Source of the DNA: Felis catus
Taxonomy: Eukaryota
Assembly (NCBI RefSeq): GCF_018350175.1
Contig: NC_058368.1
Span: forward strand, 171,990,001-172,054,000
DNA: 64,000 bases
Reading direction: 5' to 3'
Shown here piece after piece: positions 10,583-23,109 of this stretch. A program made the translations under genes and the position numbers. Below the pieces are notes generated by a model. That model worked only from the letters and a program-made list of their open reading frames with translations. It was not told where the DNA came from and searched no databases. The first letter of the stretch is position 1. Every line of letters starts with the position of its first letter.

Positions 10583-13105
10583 TTTATTTATTTTTTTATA
10601 TATATATATATGAAATTTATTGTCACATTGGTTTCCATACAACACCCAGTGCTCATCCCAAAAGGTGCCCTCTTCAATACCCATCACCCACCCTCTCCTC
10701 CCTCCCACCTCCCATCAACCCTCAGTTTGTTCTCAGTTTTTAACAGTCTCTTATGCTTTGGCTCTCTCCCACTCTAACCTCTTTTTTTTTTTTTTTTGCT
10801 TCCCCTCCCCCATGGGTTCCTGTTAAGTTTCTCAGGATCCACATAAGAGTGAAACCATATGGTATCTGTCTTTCTCTGTATGGCTTATTTCACTTAGCAT
10901 CACACTCTCCAGTTCCATCCACGTTGCTACAAAAGGCCATATTTCATTTTTTCTCATTGCCACGTAATATTCCATTGTGTATATAAACCACAATTTCTTT
11001 ATCCATTCATCAGTTGATGGACATTTAGGCTCTTTCCATAATTTGGCTATTGTTGAAAGTGCTGCTATGAACATTGGGGTACAAGTGGCCCTATGCATCA
11101 GTACTCCTGTATCCCTTGGATAAATTCCTAGCAGTGCTATTGCTGGGTCATAGGGTAGGTCTATTTTTAATTTTCTGAGGAACCTCCACACTGCTTTCCA
11201 GAGCGGCTGCACCAATTTGCATTCCCACCAACAGTGCAAGAGGGTTCCCGTTTCTCCACATCCTCTCCAGCATCTAGAGTCTCCTGATTTGTTCATTTTG
11301 GCCACTCTGACTGGCGTGAGGTGATACCTGAGTGTGGTTTTGATTTGTATTTCCCTGATAAGGAGCGACGCTGAACATCTCTTCATGTGCCTGTTGGCCA
11401 TCCGGATGTCTTCTTTAGAGAAGTGTCTATTCATGTTTTCTGCCCATTTCTTCACTGGGTTCTTTGTTTTTCGGGTGTGGAGTTTGGGGAGCTCTTTATA
11501 GATTTTGGATACTAGCCCTTTGTCCGATATGTCATTTGCAAATATCTTTTCCCATTCCGTTGGTTGCCTTTTAGTTTTGTTGGTTGTTTCCTTTGCTGTG
11601 CAGAAGCTTTTTATCTTCATAAGGTCCCAGTAATTCACTTTTGCTTTTAATTCCCTTGCCTTTGGGGATGTGTCGAGTAAGAGATTGCTACGGCTGAGGT
11701 CAGAGAGGTCTTTTCCGGCTTTCTCCTCTAAGGTTTTGATGGTTTCCTGTCTCACATTCAGGTCCTTTATCCATTTTGAGATTATTTTTGTGAATGGTGT
11801 GAGAAAGTGGTCTAGTTTCAACCTTCTGCATGTTGCTGCCCAGTTCTCCCAGCACCATTTGTTAAAGAGGCTGTCTTTTTTCCATTGGATGTTCTTTCCT
11901 GCTTTGTCAAAGATGAGTTGGCCATAAGTTTGTGGGTCTAGTTCTGGGGTTTCTATTCTATTCCATTGGTCTATGTGTCTGTTTTTGTGCCAATACCATG
12001 CTGTCTTGATGATTACCGCTTTGTAGTAGAGGCTAAAGTCTGGGATTGTGATGCCTCCTGCTTTGGTCTTCTTCTTCAAAATTCCTTTGGCTATTCGGGG
12101 CCTTTTGTGGTTCCATATGAATTTTAGGATTGCTTGTTCTAGTTTCGAGAAGAATGCTGTGCAATTTTGATTGGGATTGCATTGAATGTGTAGATAGCTT
12201 TGGGTAGTATTGACATTTTGACAATATTTATTCTTCCAATCCATGAGCAGGGAATGTCTTTCCATTTCTTTAAATCTTCTTCAATTACCTTCATAAGCTT
12301 TCTATAGTTTTCAGCATACAGATCCTTTACATCTTTGGTTAGATTTATTCCTAGGTGTTTTATGCTTCTTGGTGCAATTGTGAATGGGATCAGTTTCTTT
12401 ATTTGTCTTTCTGTTGCTTCATTGTTAGTGTATAAGAATGCAACTGATTTCTGTACATTGATTTTGTATCCTGCAACTTTGCTGAATTCCTGTATCAGTT
12501 CTAGCAGACTTTTGGTGGAGTCTATCGGATTTTCCATGTATAATATCATGTCATCTGCAAAAAGCGAAAGTTTGACTTCATCTTTGCCAATTTTGATGCC
12601 TTTGATTTCCTTTTGTTGTCTGATTGCTGATGCTAAAACTTCCAGCACTATGTTAAACAGCAGCGGTGAGAGTGAGCATCCCTGTCGTATTCCTGATCTC
12701 AGGGAGAAAGCTCTCAGTTTTTCCCCGTTGAGGATGATGTTAGCTGTGGGCTTTTCATAAATGGCTTTTATGATCTTTAAGTATGTTCCTTCTATCCCGA
12801 CTTTCTCAAGGGTTTTTATTAAGAAAGGGTGCTGGATTTTGTCAAAGGCCTTTTCTGCATCGATTGACAGGATCATATGGTTCTTCTCTTTTTTTTTGTT
12901 AATGTGATGTATCACGTTGATTGATTTGCGAATGTTGAACCAGCCCTGCATCCCAGGAATGAATCCCACTTGATCATGGTGAATAATTCTTTTTATATGC
13001 CGTTGAATTCGATTTGCTAGTATCTTATTGAGAATTTTTGCATCCATATTCATCAGGGATATTGGCCTGTAGTTCTCTTTTTTTACTGGGTCTCTGTCTG
13101 GTTTA
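10583..13105 (-). mobile_element. Young 5'-truncated LINE-1 (~2.5 kb: RT domain to C-terminus of ORF2, 3'UTR, A-rich tail) in APC intron 14, antisense to APC
   Basis: ORFs 12139..13053 (RT motifs RQGC and FADDM) and 10832..12265 (HCWWECK), joined by one frameshift near 12160. TSD TCAACCTTTGTTTTA at 10568-10582 and 13106-13120. Confidence 0.97.
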
Positions 13106-13767
13106 TCAACCTTTGTTTTAAAGTTACCTTTAAATTTCCAAAACCTTTCATTAGAAATAACAAACTACGTGCACAGTTTGACAGCACATTTGTAAGGGGG
13201 ATGGCAGTACCACGGACTCAATCCACGGACATAGAGGTTATTCTAAAATGTCAGTTTGCCGGCCTAGGAGCTTACATAAAAGCTTACAGCTTTATGACTA
13301 TATAAAGATCCATCGATCGATTCTTCCACGTCTTCCACCACGTCTTATTAGTCGACATTGTGGCACCCATCCATAGATTAAGTTACCACAAAGTCCCTGT
13401 TTAGCATAAGATTTCATGATACATTTATTGGGGAACTCTATGACCATATAAACAAGGCAGATGTGTCTGCTCAGGCAAAAATTTTAAAGGCTATTGGGTC
13501 AGAATAGGAAATACAGAATGTGTTAAAATTAACACTTCTTTTAGTCTGACAGATGAGTATTTTTAAACAATAAACATTAAATGAACTAGGAACAAATGGA
13601 GATGTGAAATGCTTGGAATTTGTAGTATAATTTGGTGCAGTTTTATTGTGCCTATTAATCAGTTTTAGTAGTTATCTTTAGATTTAAATTTGTTTTCTAA
13701 CCTTTTATTTATTGTTATAATAAGCAGATTTTTACCTTAATTTTGGGATCTCTTCTTTTTATTTCAG

Positions 13768-16700
13768 GCAAATCCTAAGAGAGAACAACTGCCTGCAAAC
13801 CTTATTACAACACTTGAAATCTCACAGTTTGACAATAGTCAGTAATGCATGTGGAACCTTGTGGAATCTCTCAGCAAGAAATCCTAAAGACCAGGAAGCA
13901 TTATGGGACATGGGGGCAGTCAGCATGCTCAAGAACCTCATTCATTCAAAGCACAAAATGATTGCTATGGGAAGCGCTGCAGCTTTAAGGAATCTCATGG
14001 CAAATAGACCTGCAAAGTATAAGGATGCCAATATAATGTCTCCTGGTTCAAGCTTGCCATCTCTTCATGTCAGAAAACAAAAAGCCCTAGAAGCAGAATT
14101 AGATGCTCAGCATTTATCAGAAACTTTTGACAATATTGACAATTTAAGTCCCAAGGCATCTCATCGTAGTAAGCAACGACACAAGCCAAATCTTTATGGT
14201 GACTATGTTTTTGACACCAATCGACATGATGATAATAGATCAGACAATTTTAATACTGGAAACATGACTGTCCTTTCACCATATTTAAATACTACAGTGT
14301 TGCCCAGCTCCTCTTCATCAAGAGGAAGTTTAGACAGTTCTCGTTCTGAAAAAGATAGAAGTTTGGAGAGAGAACGAGGAATTAGCCTAGGCAACTACCA
14401 CCCAGCAACAGAAAATCCAGGCACTTCTTCAAAGCGAGGTTTGCAGATTTCCACCACTGCAGCCCAGATTGCCAAAGTCATGGAAGAAGTATCAGCCATT
14501 CACACCTCCCAGGAAGACAGAAGTTCTGGGTCTACTGGCGAGCTACATTGTGGGACAGATGAGAGGAATGCACTAAGAAGAAGCTCCACTGCCCACACAC
14601 ATGCAAACACTTACAACTTCACTAAGTCAGAAAATTCAAATAGGACATGTCCTATGCCTTATGCCAAATTGGAATATAAGAGATCTTCAAATGATAGTTT
14701 AAATAGTGTCAGTAGTAGTGATGGTTACGGTAAAAGAGGTCAGATGAAGCCTTCCATTGAATCCTATTCTGAAGATGATGAAAGTAAATTTTGCAGCTAT
14801 GGTCAGTATCCAGCTGACCTAGCCCATAAAATACACAGCGCAAATCATATGGATGATAATGATGGAGAACTAGATACACCAATAAATTATAGTCTTAAAT
14901 ACTCAGATGAGCAGTTGAACTCCGGAAGGCAAAGCCCTTCACAGAATGAAAGATGGGCAAGACCCAAACATATAATAGAAGATGAAATAAAACAGAGTGA
15001 GCAAAGACAATCAAGAAGTCAAAGCACAACTTACCCCGTATATACTGAGAGCACTGATGATAAACATCTCAAGTTTCAGTCACATTTTGGACAGCAGGAA
15101 TGTGTTTCCCCATATAGGTCAAGAGGAGCCAATGGTTCAGAAACAAATCGAGTAAGTTCCAATCATGGAATTAATCAAAATGTAAACCAGTCTTTGTGTC
15201 AGGAAGATGACTATGAAGATGATAAGCCAACCAACTATAGTGAACGTTACTCCGAGGAAGAGCAGCATGAAGAAGAAGAGAGACCAACAAATTATAGCAT
15301 AAAGTATAATGAAGAGAAACATCATGTGGATCAACCTATCGATTATAGTTTAAAATATGCCACAGACATTCCTGCCTCACAGAAACCACCATTTTCATTC
15401 TCAAAGAGTTCATCTGGACAAAGCACTAAAACTGAACACATCTCTTCAAGCAGTGAGAATACATCCACACCTTCATCTAATGCCAAGAGGCAGAATCAGC
15501 ACCATCCAAGTTCCACACAAAGCAGAAATGGTCAGACCCCAAAAGCCACCTCCTGCAAAGTTCCCTCTATCAACCAAGAAACAATACAGACTTACTGTGT
15601 AGAGGATACCCCAATATGTTTCTCACGTTGCAGTTCACTATCATCTTTGTCATCGGCCGAAGATGAAATAGGATGTGATCAGACAACACAGGAAACAGAT
15701 TCTGCTAATACTCTACAAATAGCAGAAATAAAAGAAAACAGTGGGACTAGATCAACAGAAGAGTCTGTGAGTGAAGTTCCAACAGTGTCACAGCACATTA
15801 GAACCAAATCCAGCAGACTTCAGGCTTCTGGTTTATCTGCAGAATCGACCAGGCATAAAGCTGTTGAATTTTCTTCAGGGGCTAAATCTCCATCAAAAAG
15901 TGGTGCTCAGACACCTAAAAGTCCACCAGAGCACTACGTTCAGGAGACTCCACTCATGTTTAGCAGATGCACTTCTGTCAGTTCACTTGATAGTTTTGAG
16001 AGTCGTTCGATTGCCAGCTCCGTTCAGAGTGAACCCTGCAGTGGAATGGTAAGTGGCATTATAAGCCCCAGTGACCTTCCAGATAGCCCTGGGCAAACCA
16101 TGCCACCAAGCAGAAGTAAAACCCCTCCTCCTCCTCCTCCTCAGACAGTTCAGAGTAAGCGAGAGGTACCTAAAAACAAAGCCCCTACTGCGGAAAAGAG
16201 AGAGAGTGGACCAAAGCAAGCTGCTGTAAATGCTGCAGTACAGAGAGTCCAGGTGCTTCCAGATGCTGATACTCTCTTACATTTTGCCACAGAAAGTACT
16301 CCAGATGGATTTTCTTGTTCATCTAGCCTGAGTGCTCTGAGCCTCGATGAGCCATTTATACAGAAAGATGTGGAATTAAGAATAATGCCTCCAGTTCAGG
16401 AAAATGACAATGGGAATGAAACCGAATCTGAGCAGCCTGAAGAAGCAAATGAAAGCCAGGTAAAAGAAGCAGAAAAACCTACTGATTCTGAAAAAGATCT
16501 GTTAGATGACTCAGATGATGATGATATTGAAATACTAGAAGAATGTATTATTTCTGCCATGCCAACAAAATCTTCACGTAAAGCCAAAAAACCAGCCCAG
16601 ACTGCTCCAAAATTACCTCCACCTGTGGCAAGGAAACCAAGTCAACTCCCTGTATATAAACTTCTTCCATCACAAAACAGGTTACAGACACAAAAACATG

Positions 16701-19700
16701 TTAGTTTTACACCAGGAGATGATATGCCACGGGTGTATTGTGTAGAAGGGACACCTATAAACTTTTCCACAGCTACATCTTTAAGTGATCTAACAATAGA
16801 ATCTCCTCCAAATGAGTTAGCTGCTGGAGAAGGGGTTAGAGCAGGAGCACAGTCCGGTGAATTTGAAAAACGAGATACCATTCCTACAGAAGGCAGAAGT
16901 ACAGATGAGGCTCAAAGAGTAAAAACCCCATCTGCAACTATATCTGAACTGGATGACAATAAAACAGAAGAAGGTGATATTCTTGCAGAATGCATTAACT
17001 CTGCTATGCCCAAAGGAAAAAGTCACAAGCCTTTCCGTGTGAAGAAGATAATGGACCAGGTCCAACAAGCATCTATGTCTTCATCTGGAGCTAACAAAAA
17101 TCAGTTAGATGGTAAGAAAAAGAAACCTACTTCACCAGTAAAACCTATACCACAAAATACTGAATATAGGACACGTGTAAGAAAAAACACAGACTCAAAA
17201 AATAATTTAAATGCTGAAAGAACTTTCTCAGACAACAAAGATTCAAAGAAACAGAACTTGAAAAATAATTCCAAGGACTTCAATGATAAGCTACCAAATA
17301 ATGAAGATCGAGTCAGAGGAAGTTTTACTTTTGATTCACCTCATCATTACACTCCCATTGAAGGAACTCCATACTGTTTTTCACGAAATGATTCTTTGAG
17401 TTCTCTAGATTTTGATGATGATGATGTTGACCTTTCTAGAGAAAAGGCTGAATTAAGAAAGGGGAAAGAAAATAAAGAATCAGAAGCTAAAGTTACCAGC
17501 CACACAGAACTAACCTCTAGCCAACAATCAGCTAATAAGACACAAGCTGTTACAAAACATCCAATAAATCGAGGTCAGTCTAAACCCATGCTGCAGAAGC
17601 AATCCACTTTTCCACAGTCATCCAAAGACATACCAGACAGGGGAGCAGCAACTGATGAGAAATTACAAAATTTTGCTATTGAAAATACTCCGGTGTGCTT
17701 TTCTCGAAATTCCTCTTTAAGTTCTCTTAGTGACATTGATCAAGAAAACAACAATAACAAAGAAGGTGAACCTGTCAAAGAGACAGAGCCCCCTGACTCA
17801 CAGGGAGAACCCAGTAAACCTCAGGCATCAGGTTATGCTCCTAAATCATTTCATGTTGAAGATACCCCTGTTTGTTTCTCACGAAATAGTTCTCTCAGTT
17901 CTCTTAGTATTGATTCTGAAGATGACCTGTTGCAGGAATGTATAAGTTCTGCAATGCCAAAAAAGAAAAAGCCTTCAAGACTCAAGGGTGATAATGAAAA
18001 GCATAGTCCCAGAAATATGAGTGGCATATTGGCAGAAGACTTGACACTTGATTTGAAAGATATACAGAGACCAGATTCAGAACATGGTTTATCCCCGGAT
18101 TCAGAAAATTTTGATTGGAAAGCTATTCAGGAAGGTGCAAATTCCATAGTAAGTAGTTTACATCAAGCTGCTGCTGCTGCATGTTTATCTAGACAGGCAT
18201 CATCTGACTCAGACTCCATCCTTTCACTGAAATCAGGGATCTCCCTGGGATCACCATTTCATCTTACACCTGATCAAGAGGAAAAACCCTTTACAAGTAA
18301 TAAGGGCCCACGAATTCTAAAACCTGGGGAGAAGAGTACATTGGAAACTAAAAAGATAGAATCTGAAAATAAAGGAATCAAAGGAGGAAAAAAAGTTTAT
18401 AGAAGTTTAATTACCGGAAAAGTTCGTTCTAATTCAGAAATTTCAAGCCAAATGAAACAGCCTCTTCAAACAAACATGCCTTCAATCTCTCGGGGCAGGA
18501 CAATGATTCATATTCCAGGAGTTCGAAATAGCTCTTCAAGTACAAGTCCGGTTTCTAAAAAAGGCCCACCCCTTAAGACTCCAGCCTCCAAAAGCCCTAG
18601 TGAAGGTCAGCCAGCCACCACTTCTCCTAGAGGAACCAAGCCATCTGTGAAGTCAGAATTAAGCCCTGTTACCAGGCAGACATCCCAACCAGCTGGAGCA
18701 AATAAAGGGTCTTCTAGATCAGGATCTAGAGATTCCACTCCTTCAAGACCTGCCCAACAACCATTAAGTAGACCCATGCAGTCTCCGGGGCGGAACTCAA
18801 TTTCTCCTGGTCGAAATGGAATAAGCCCTCCTAATAAATTATCCCAGTTGCCAAGGACTTCATCCCCTAGTACTGCTTCAACTAAGTCCTCAGGTTCTGG
18901 GAAGATGTCATACACATCTCCAGGCAGACAGATGAGCCAGCAGAACCTTACCAAGCAAACGGGTTTATCCAAGAATGGCAGCAGTATCCCAAGAAGTGAG
19001 TCTGCCTCCAAAGGACTAAATCAGATGAATAATGGGAATGGATCCAATAAAAAGGTAGAACTTTCTAGAATGTCCTCGACTAAATCAAGTGGAAGTGAAT
19101 CTGATAGGTCAGAGAGACCCGTATTAGTACGCCAGTCAACTTTCATCAAAGAAGCTCCAAGCCCAACCCTAAGGAGAAAATTGGAGGAATCTGCTTCATT
19201 TGAATCTCTTTCTCCATCTTCTAGACCAGATTCTCCCACTAGGTCCCAGGCACAGACTCCAGTTTTAAGTCCTTCCCTTCCTGATATGTCTCTGTCCACA
19301 CATTCATCTGTTCAGTCTGGTGGATGGCGAAAACTCCCACCTAATCTCAGTCCCACCATAGAGTATAATGATGGAAGACCAGCAAAGCGCCATGATATAG
19401 CACGCTCCCATTCTGAAAGTCCTTCTAGACTTCCAATTAATAGGTCAGGAACCTGGAAACGTGAGCACAGCAAACATTCATCATCCCTTCCACGAGTAAG
19501 CACTTGGAGAAGAACTGGAAGTTCATCCTCAATTCTTTCTGCTTCATCAGAATCCAGTGAAAAAGCAAAAAGTGAAGATGAAAAACATGTGAACTCTATT
19601 TCAGGAACCAAACAAACTAAAGAAAACCAAGTATCCACAAAAGGAACATGGAGAAAAATAAAAGAAAATGAGATTTCTCCCACAAATAGTACCTCTCAGA

Positions 19701-20347
19701 CCACTTCCTCAGGTGCTGCAAATGGTGCTGAATCAAAGACTCTGATTTATCAAATGGCACCTGCTGTTTCTAAAACAGAGGATGTTTGGGTGAGAATTGA
19801 GGACTGCCCCATCAACAACCCTAGATCTGGAAGATCCCCAACAGGAAATACTCCCCCCGTGATTGACACTGTTTCAGAAAAGGGAAATCCAAACGCTAAA
19901 GATTCAAAAGATAATCAGGGAAAACAAAATGTGGGTAATGGCAGTGCTCCCATACGCACCATGGGTTTGGAAAACCGCCTGAACTCCTTTATTCAGGTAG
20001 ATGCCCCAGACCAAAAAGGAACTGAGGCTAAACCGGGACAAAGTAACCCTGTCCCTGTGTCAGAGACTAATGAAAGTTCCATAGCTGAGCGTACCCCTTT
20101 CAGTTCTAGCAGTTCAAGCAAGCACAGTTCACCTAGTGGGACTGTTGCTGCCAGAGTGACTCCGTTTAACTACAATCCAAGCCCTAGGAAAAGCAGCGCA
20201 GATAGCACTTCAGCTCGGCCATCTCAGATCCCGACACCAGTGAACAACAATACGAAGAAACGAGATTCAAAAACTGACAGCACAGAATCCAGTGGAACTC
20301 AAAGTCCTAAGCGCCATTCTGGGTCTTACCTTGTGACATCTGTTTAA
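13768..20347 (+). CDS. APC: APC final coding exon (exon 15, 6580 coding nt): last ARM repeats, 15-aa and 20-aa beta-catenin-binding repeats, three SAMP (Axin-binding) repeats, basic/EB1-binding region, C-terminal PDZ-binding VTSV
   Basis: tttatttcAG acceptor (AG 13766-13767). Uninterrupted 2177-aa ORF with CIISAMP, CINSAMP and CISSAMP, repeated TPxxFSxxxSLSSL motifs, ending YLVTSV-TAA (20345-20347). Confidence 0.99.
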
Positions 20348-22550
20348 AAGAGCTGGAATGATGAAACTAAGAAAATTATGTGTTAATTACAACTGCTATG
20401 TAGAAATCTTGTTTCAGATGAAACTTTAAAAGACTGAAAAATTTTGTAAATAGGTTTGATGGTTAGAGAGTTTTTGTTCTGGAAGCCATATTTGATAGTA
20501 TACTTTGTCTTCACTGGTCATATTTTGGGAGGCACTCTTGATAGTTAGGAAAAAAATGGTAAAGCCAAGTATATTTGTACAGTATGTTTTACATGTATTT
20601 AAGTAGCATCCCATCCCATCATACTTTAATTATTGCTTGTCTTAAAATAATGAACACTACAGATAGAGGATATGATATATTGCTGTTCTCAATCATTTCT
20701 AGATTATAAACTGACTAAACTTACATCAGGGAGAAATTGGTATTTATGCAAAAAACCATTCTGTTTTAGTCCTTGTGAATCCATCTAACATTATAATTAA
20801 TCATGTGGCTGTGAAATTCACAGTAATATGGTTCCCGATGAACAAGTTTACCCAGCCTGCTTTGCTTTACTGCATGAGTGAAACTGATGGTTCAATTTCA
20901 GAAGTAATGATTAACAGTTCTGTGGTCAAATTATGTGCATATAGATAGCTACGGTGTAACAATTTACACTATTTTGTGCTCAAAACAAACAAAAAAATCA
21001 AAAAATCTGTGTAACTGTAAAACATTGAATGAAACTATTTTACCTGAACTAGATTTTATCTGAAAGTAGGTAGAATTTTGCTATGCTGTAACTTGTTGTA
21101 TATTCTGGTATTTGAGGTGAGATGGCTGCTCTTTTATTAATGAGACATGAATCGTGTCTCAACAGAAACTAAATGAACATTTCAGAATAAATTATTGCTG
21201 TATGTAAACTGTTACTGAAATTGGTATTTGTTTGAAGGGTCTTATTTCATGTTTGTATTAATAATTGTTAAAAAGGCCTCTTTTAAAAGCTTATATAAAC
21301 TTTTTCTTCAAATTCTATGCATTAAGAGTAAAATTCCTCTTACTGTAATAAAAACAATTGAAGCTAACTGTTGACATTTAACCATTCCATGCATTGGCAC
21401 TTAACCATTCCTGAAACTTATTATTCTTATATGAGATTAGCTTAGCACTCCTGGTGTTTAATATTTTTTCTTACTCCACTGGGGTTGATTTAAAACAGAT
21501 TCATGGAATAGCAATGTGCACTACCTAGCACAGGACTGGACGTTGAACATAATAGGCCCACATAGAGTATTTCTTTTTTCTTAATAGTCTCTTTACTTGA
21601 AAATTTTATTGATTATTCTTAGGTATAAGTAGTCTCTTCCATGCCTGTCTTGCAGTGTAACTGTCTTGTCCCTTCATCTACCCTCTGTTGCTACTGGGTC
21701 TGGAATGAACACTTTTTATCACCCTATATGTTGGGGCAAAATTCCAGCAGCTGATTGTAATCATTTTGCCATGCTCAGAAAATGCAAATCACACGGAACT
21801 TCAAAGGTTTAACACCACTGAGATTCAAAAGACAATTTAAAAACCTCTGCCTGTTAAGGAATACTGTTTCTGGTGGGTAGAGTTATGGGGTGCATGTGCC
21901 ATTGCCCCCTTCTTCACAGAGCAGGGAGAGCCTCCTTCATGAAGGAAGATAACTAATACACATATTAACATATTTTATCTTCCCAGAATTTGTCCTGACT
22001 GATCAAAGGATGAAAATGATAAATGCTCACATACTGAATAAATGAAAATTTACTTTTAGTGATAAAATTCATGCATTCTGCTTTGGGGGAAGAGAAAAGA
22101 TACTTAGGTACAGTGGGGATACTGGGAAAAGTGGTTGAGAAGGAGTAAGCACATCTGCTTGATGCCCCTGAAATCACATGTGGTTATGTACCCCTTACAT
22201 GTGTTTATCAATGCCAGTAAATCCTCTAAAGCCCATACTCTTTCCACTGTACCACTTTGCAAACACTTCAATTTACTGATCTTTGGGATATATCTACATT
22301 TAAATTTTTGTCATTTTATCTAAATGAATCGATCGTTTGTGAATAATAATAATAGTTGATGTATTTTTCAAAGGCTGCCTTCTCCAACAGGGATACGCAC
22401 ATATAGGTCATATTTCCTTGCTCTTTTAGTCCTGATTTTCTATTTTTCTGAACTACTGCATGCCAGTTTTTATGAGCACTTCAAGTACTTTTATGGAAAG
22501 AGATGGGATGTAAATCGATTAGAATAAAATTGCCTTTTTCAAGGAAGAAA
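20348..22550 (+). other. APC: APC 3'UTR (end approximate)
   Basis: AU-rich sequence without obvious young repeats after the stop. AATAAA at 21186, 21347, 22037 and 22523. The ~2.2-kb length is inferred from the distal signal. Confidence 0.7.
22523..22528 (+). terminator. APC: Probable distal APC polyadenylation signal (AATAAA)
   Basis: Canonical hexamer ~2.18 kb after the stop; usage is inferred, not shown. Confidence 0.55.
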
Positions 22551-22936
22551 AATTAAAAAAAAAAAAAAACTATCAATGCTGGGAACGAAAAAAAAAAAAA
22601 GATGTCTTCCACCTGCCAGAAAGCTCAGGAAGTACTGTAAGCAACACCTACTGTCAGATGGTCCTGTCAATCGACATTGCCTGTGGAGGAAAAAGTTGCT
22701 ATATGAGACTCTTCAGTTTGAACCAAAGCTCTGAATTAGGAAAGGGGCAACCTTCAATTCTACTTCTAGAAGTTTGCAGTGTGCTGCCATAACTGATAGC
22801 AGGCCAGATGGCCCCAGTATATGCTTGTTGAAAATGGTAACAGCGCAGTGTAGAGAATAAGAGTTATGATACCTGTTGAGAGAAGCAGGGGGCAGTGCCC
22901 CATCTAGCTTCCCACTGCAGCAAACAACTCCCAAGG

Positions 22937-23109
22937 CGGTGGGTTTCAAACTGGACTGCGTCTGAGTCACCAGAAGTGCTTATTAAGACAGCAGAGCCAC
23001 ACCCCGAAATGGCTCATTCTGAACAGGGCCCAAGAATTTGCGATTCTAAGAAGGGGTCAGGTGTTGCTTGATGCTGCTGGTCTGGGAACCATACTTTGAG
23101 ATCAAGTGA
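22937..23109. mobile_element. MER5A-like DNA transposon
   Basis: tgatgctgctggtctgggaaccatactttgaga end motif. Confidence 0.65.

Noticed and set aside
10832..13053. Reverse transcriptase ORFs as a novel retro-system
   Set aside because: Ordinary L1 ORF2, 5'-truncated (no promoter, ORF1 or endonuclease) and frameshifted.
14203..19683. Many antisense and alternative-frame ORFs inside the APC final exon
   Set aside because: They are shadows of the Ser-rich APC frame, with no recognisable domains or independent signals.
20809..20823. CTGTGAA-A-TTCACAG palindrome in the APC 3'UTR
   Set aside because: Only 7-bp arms, within chance expectation.
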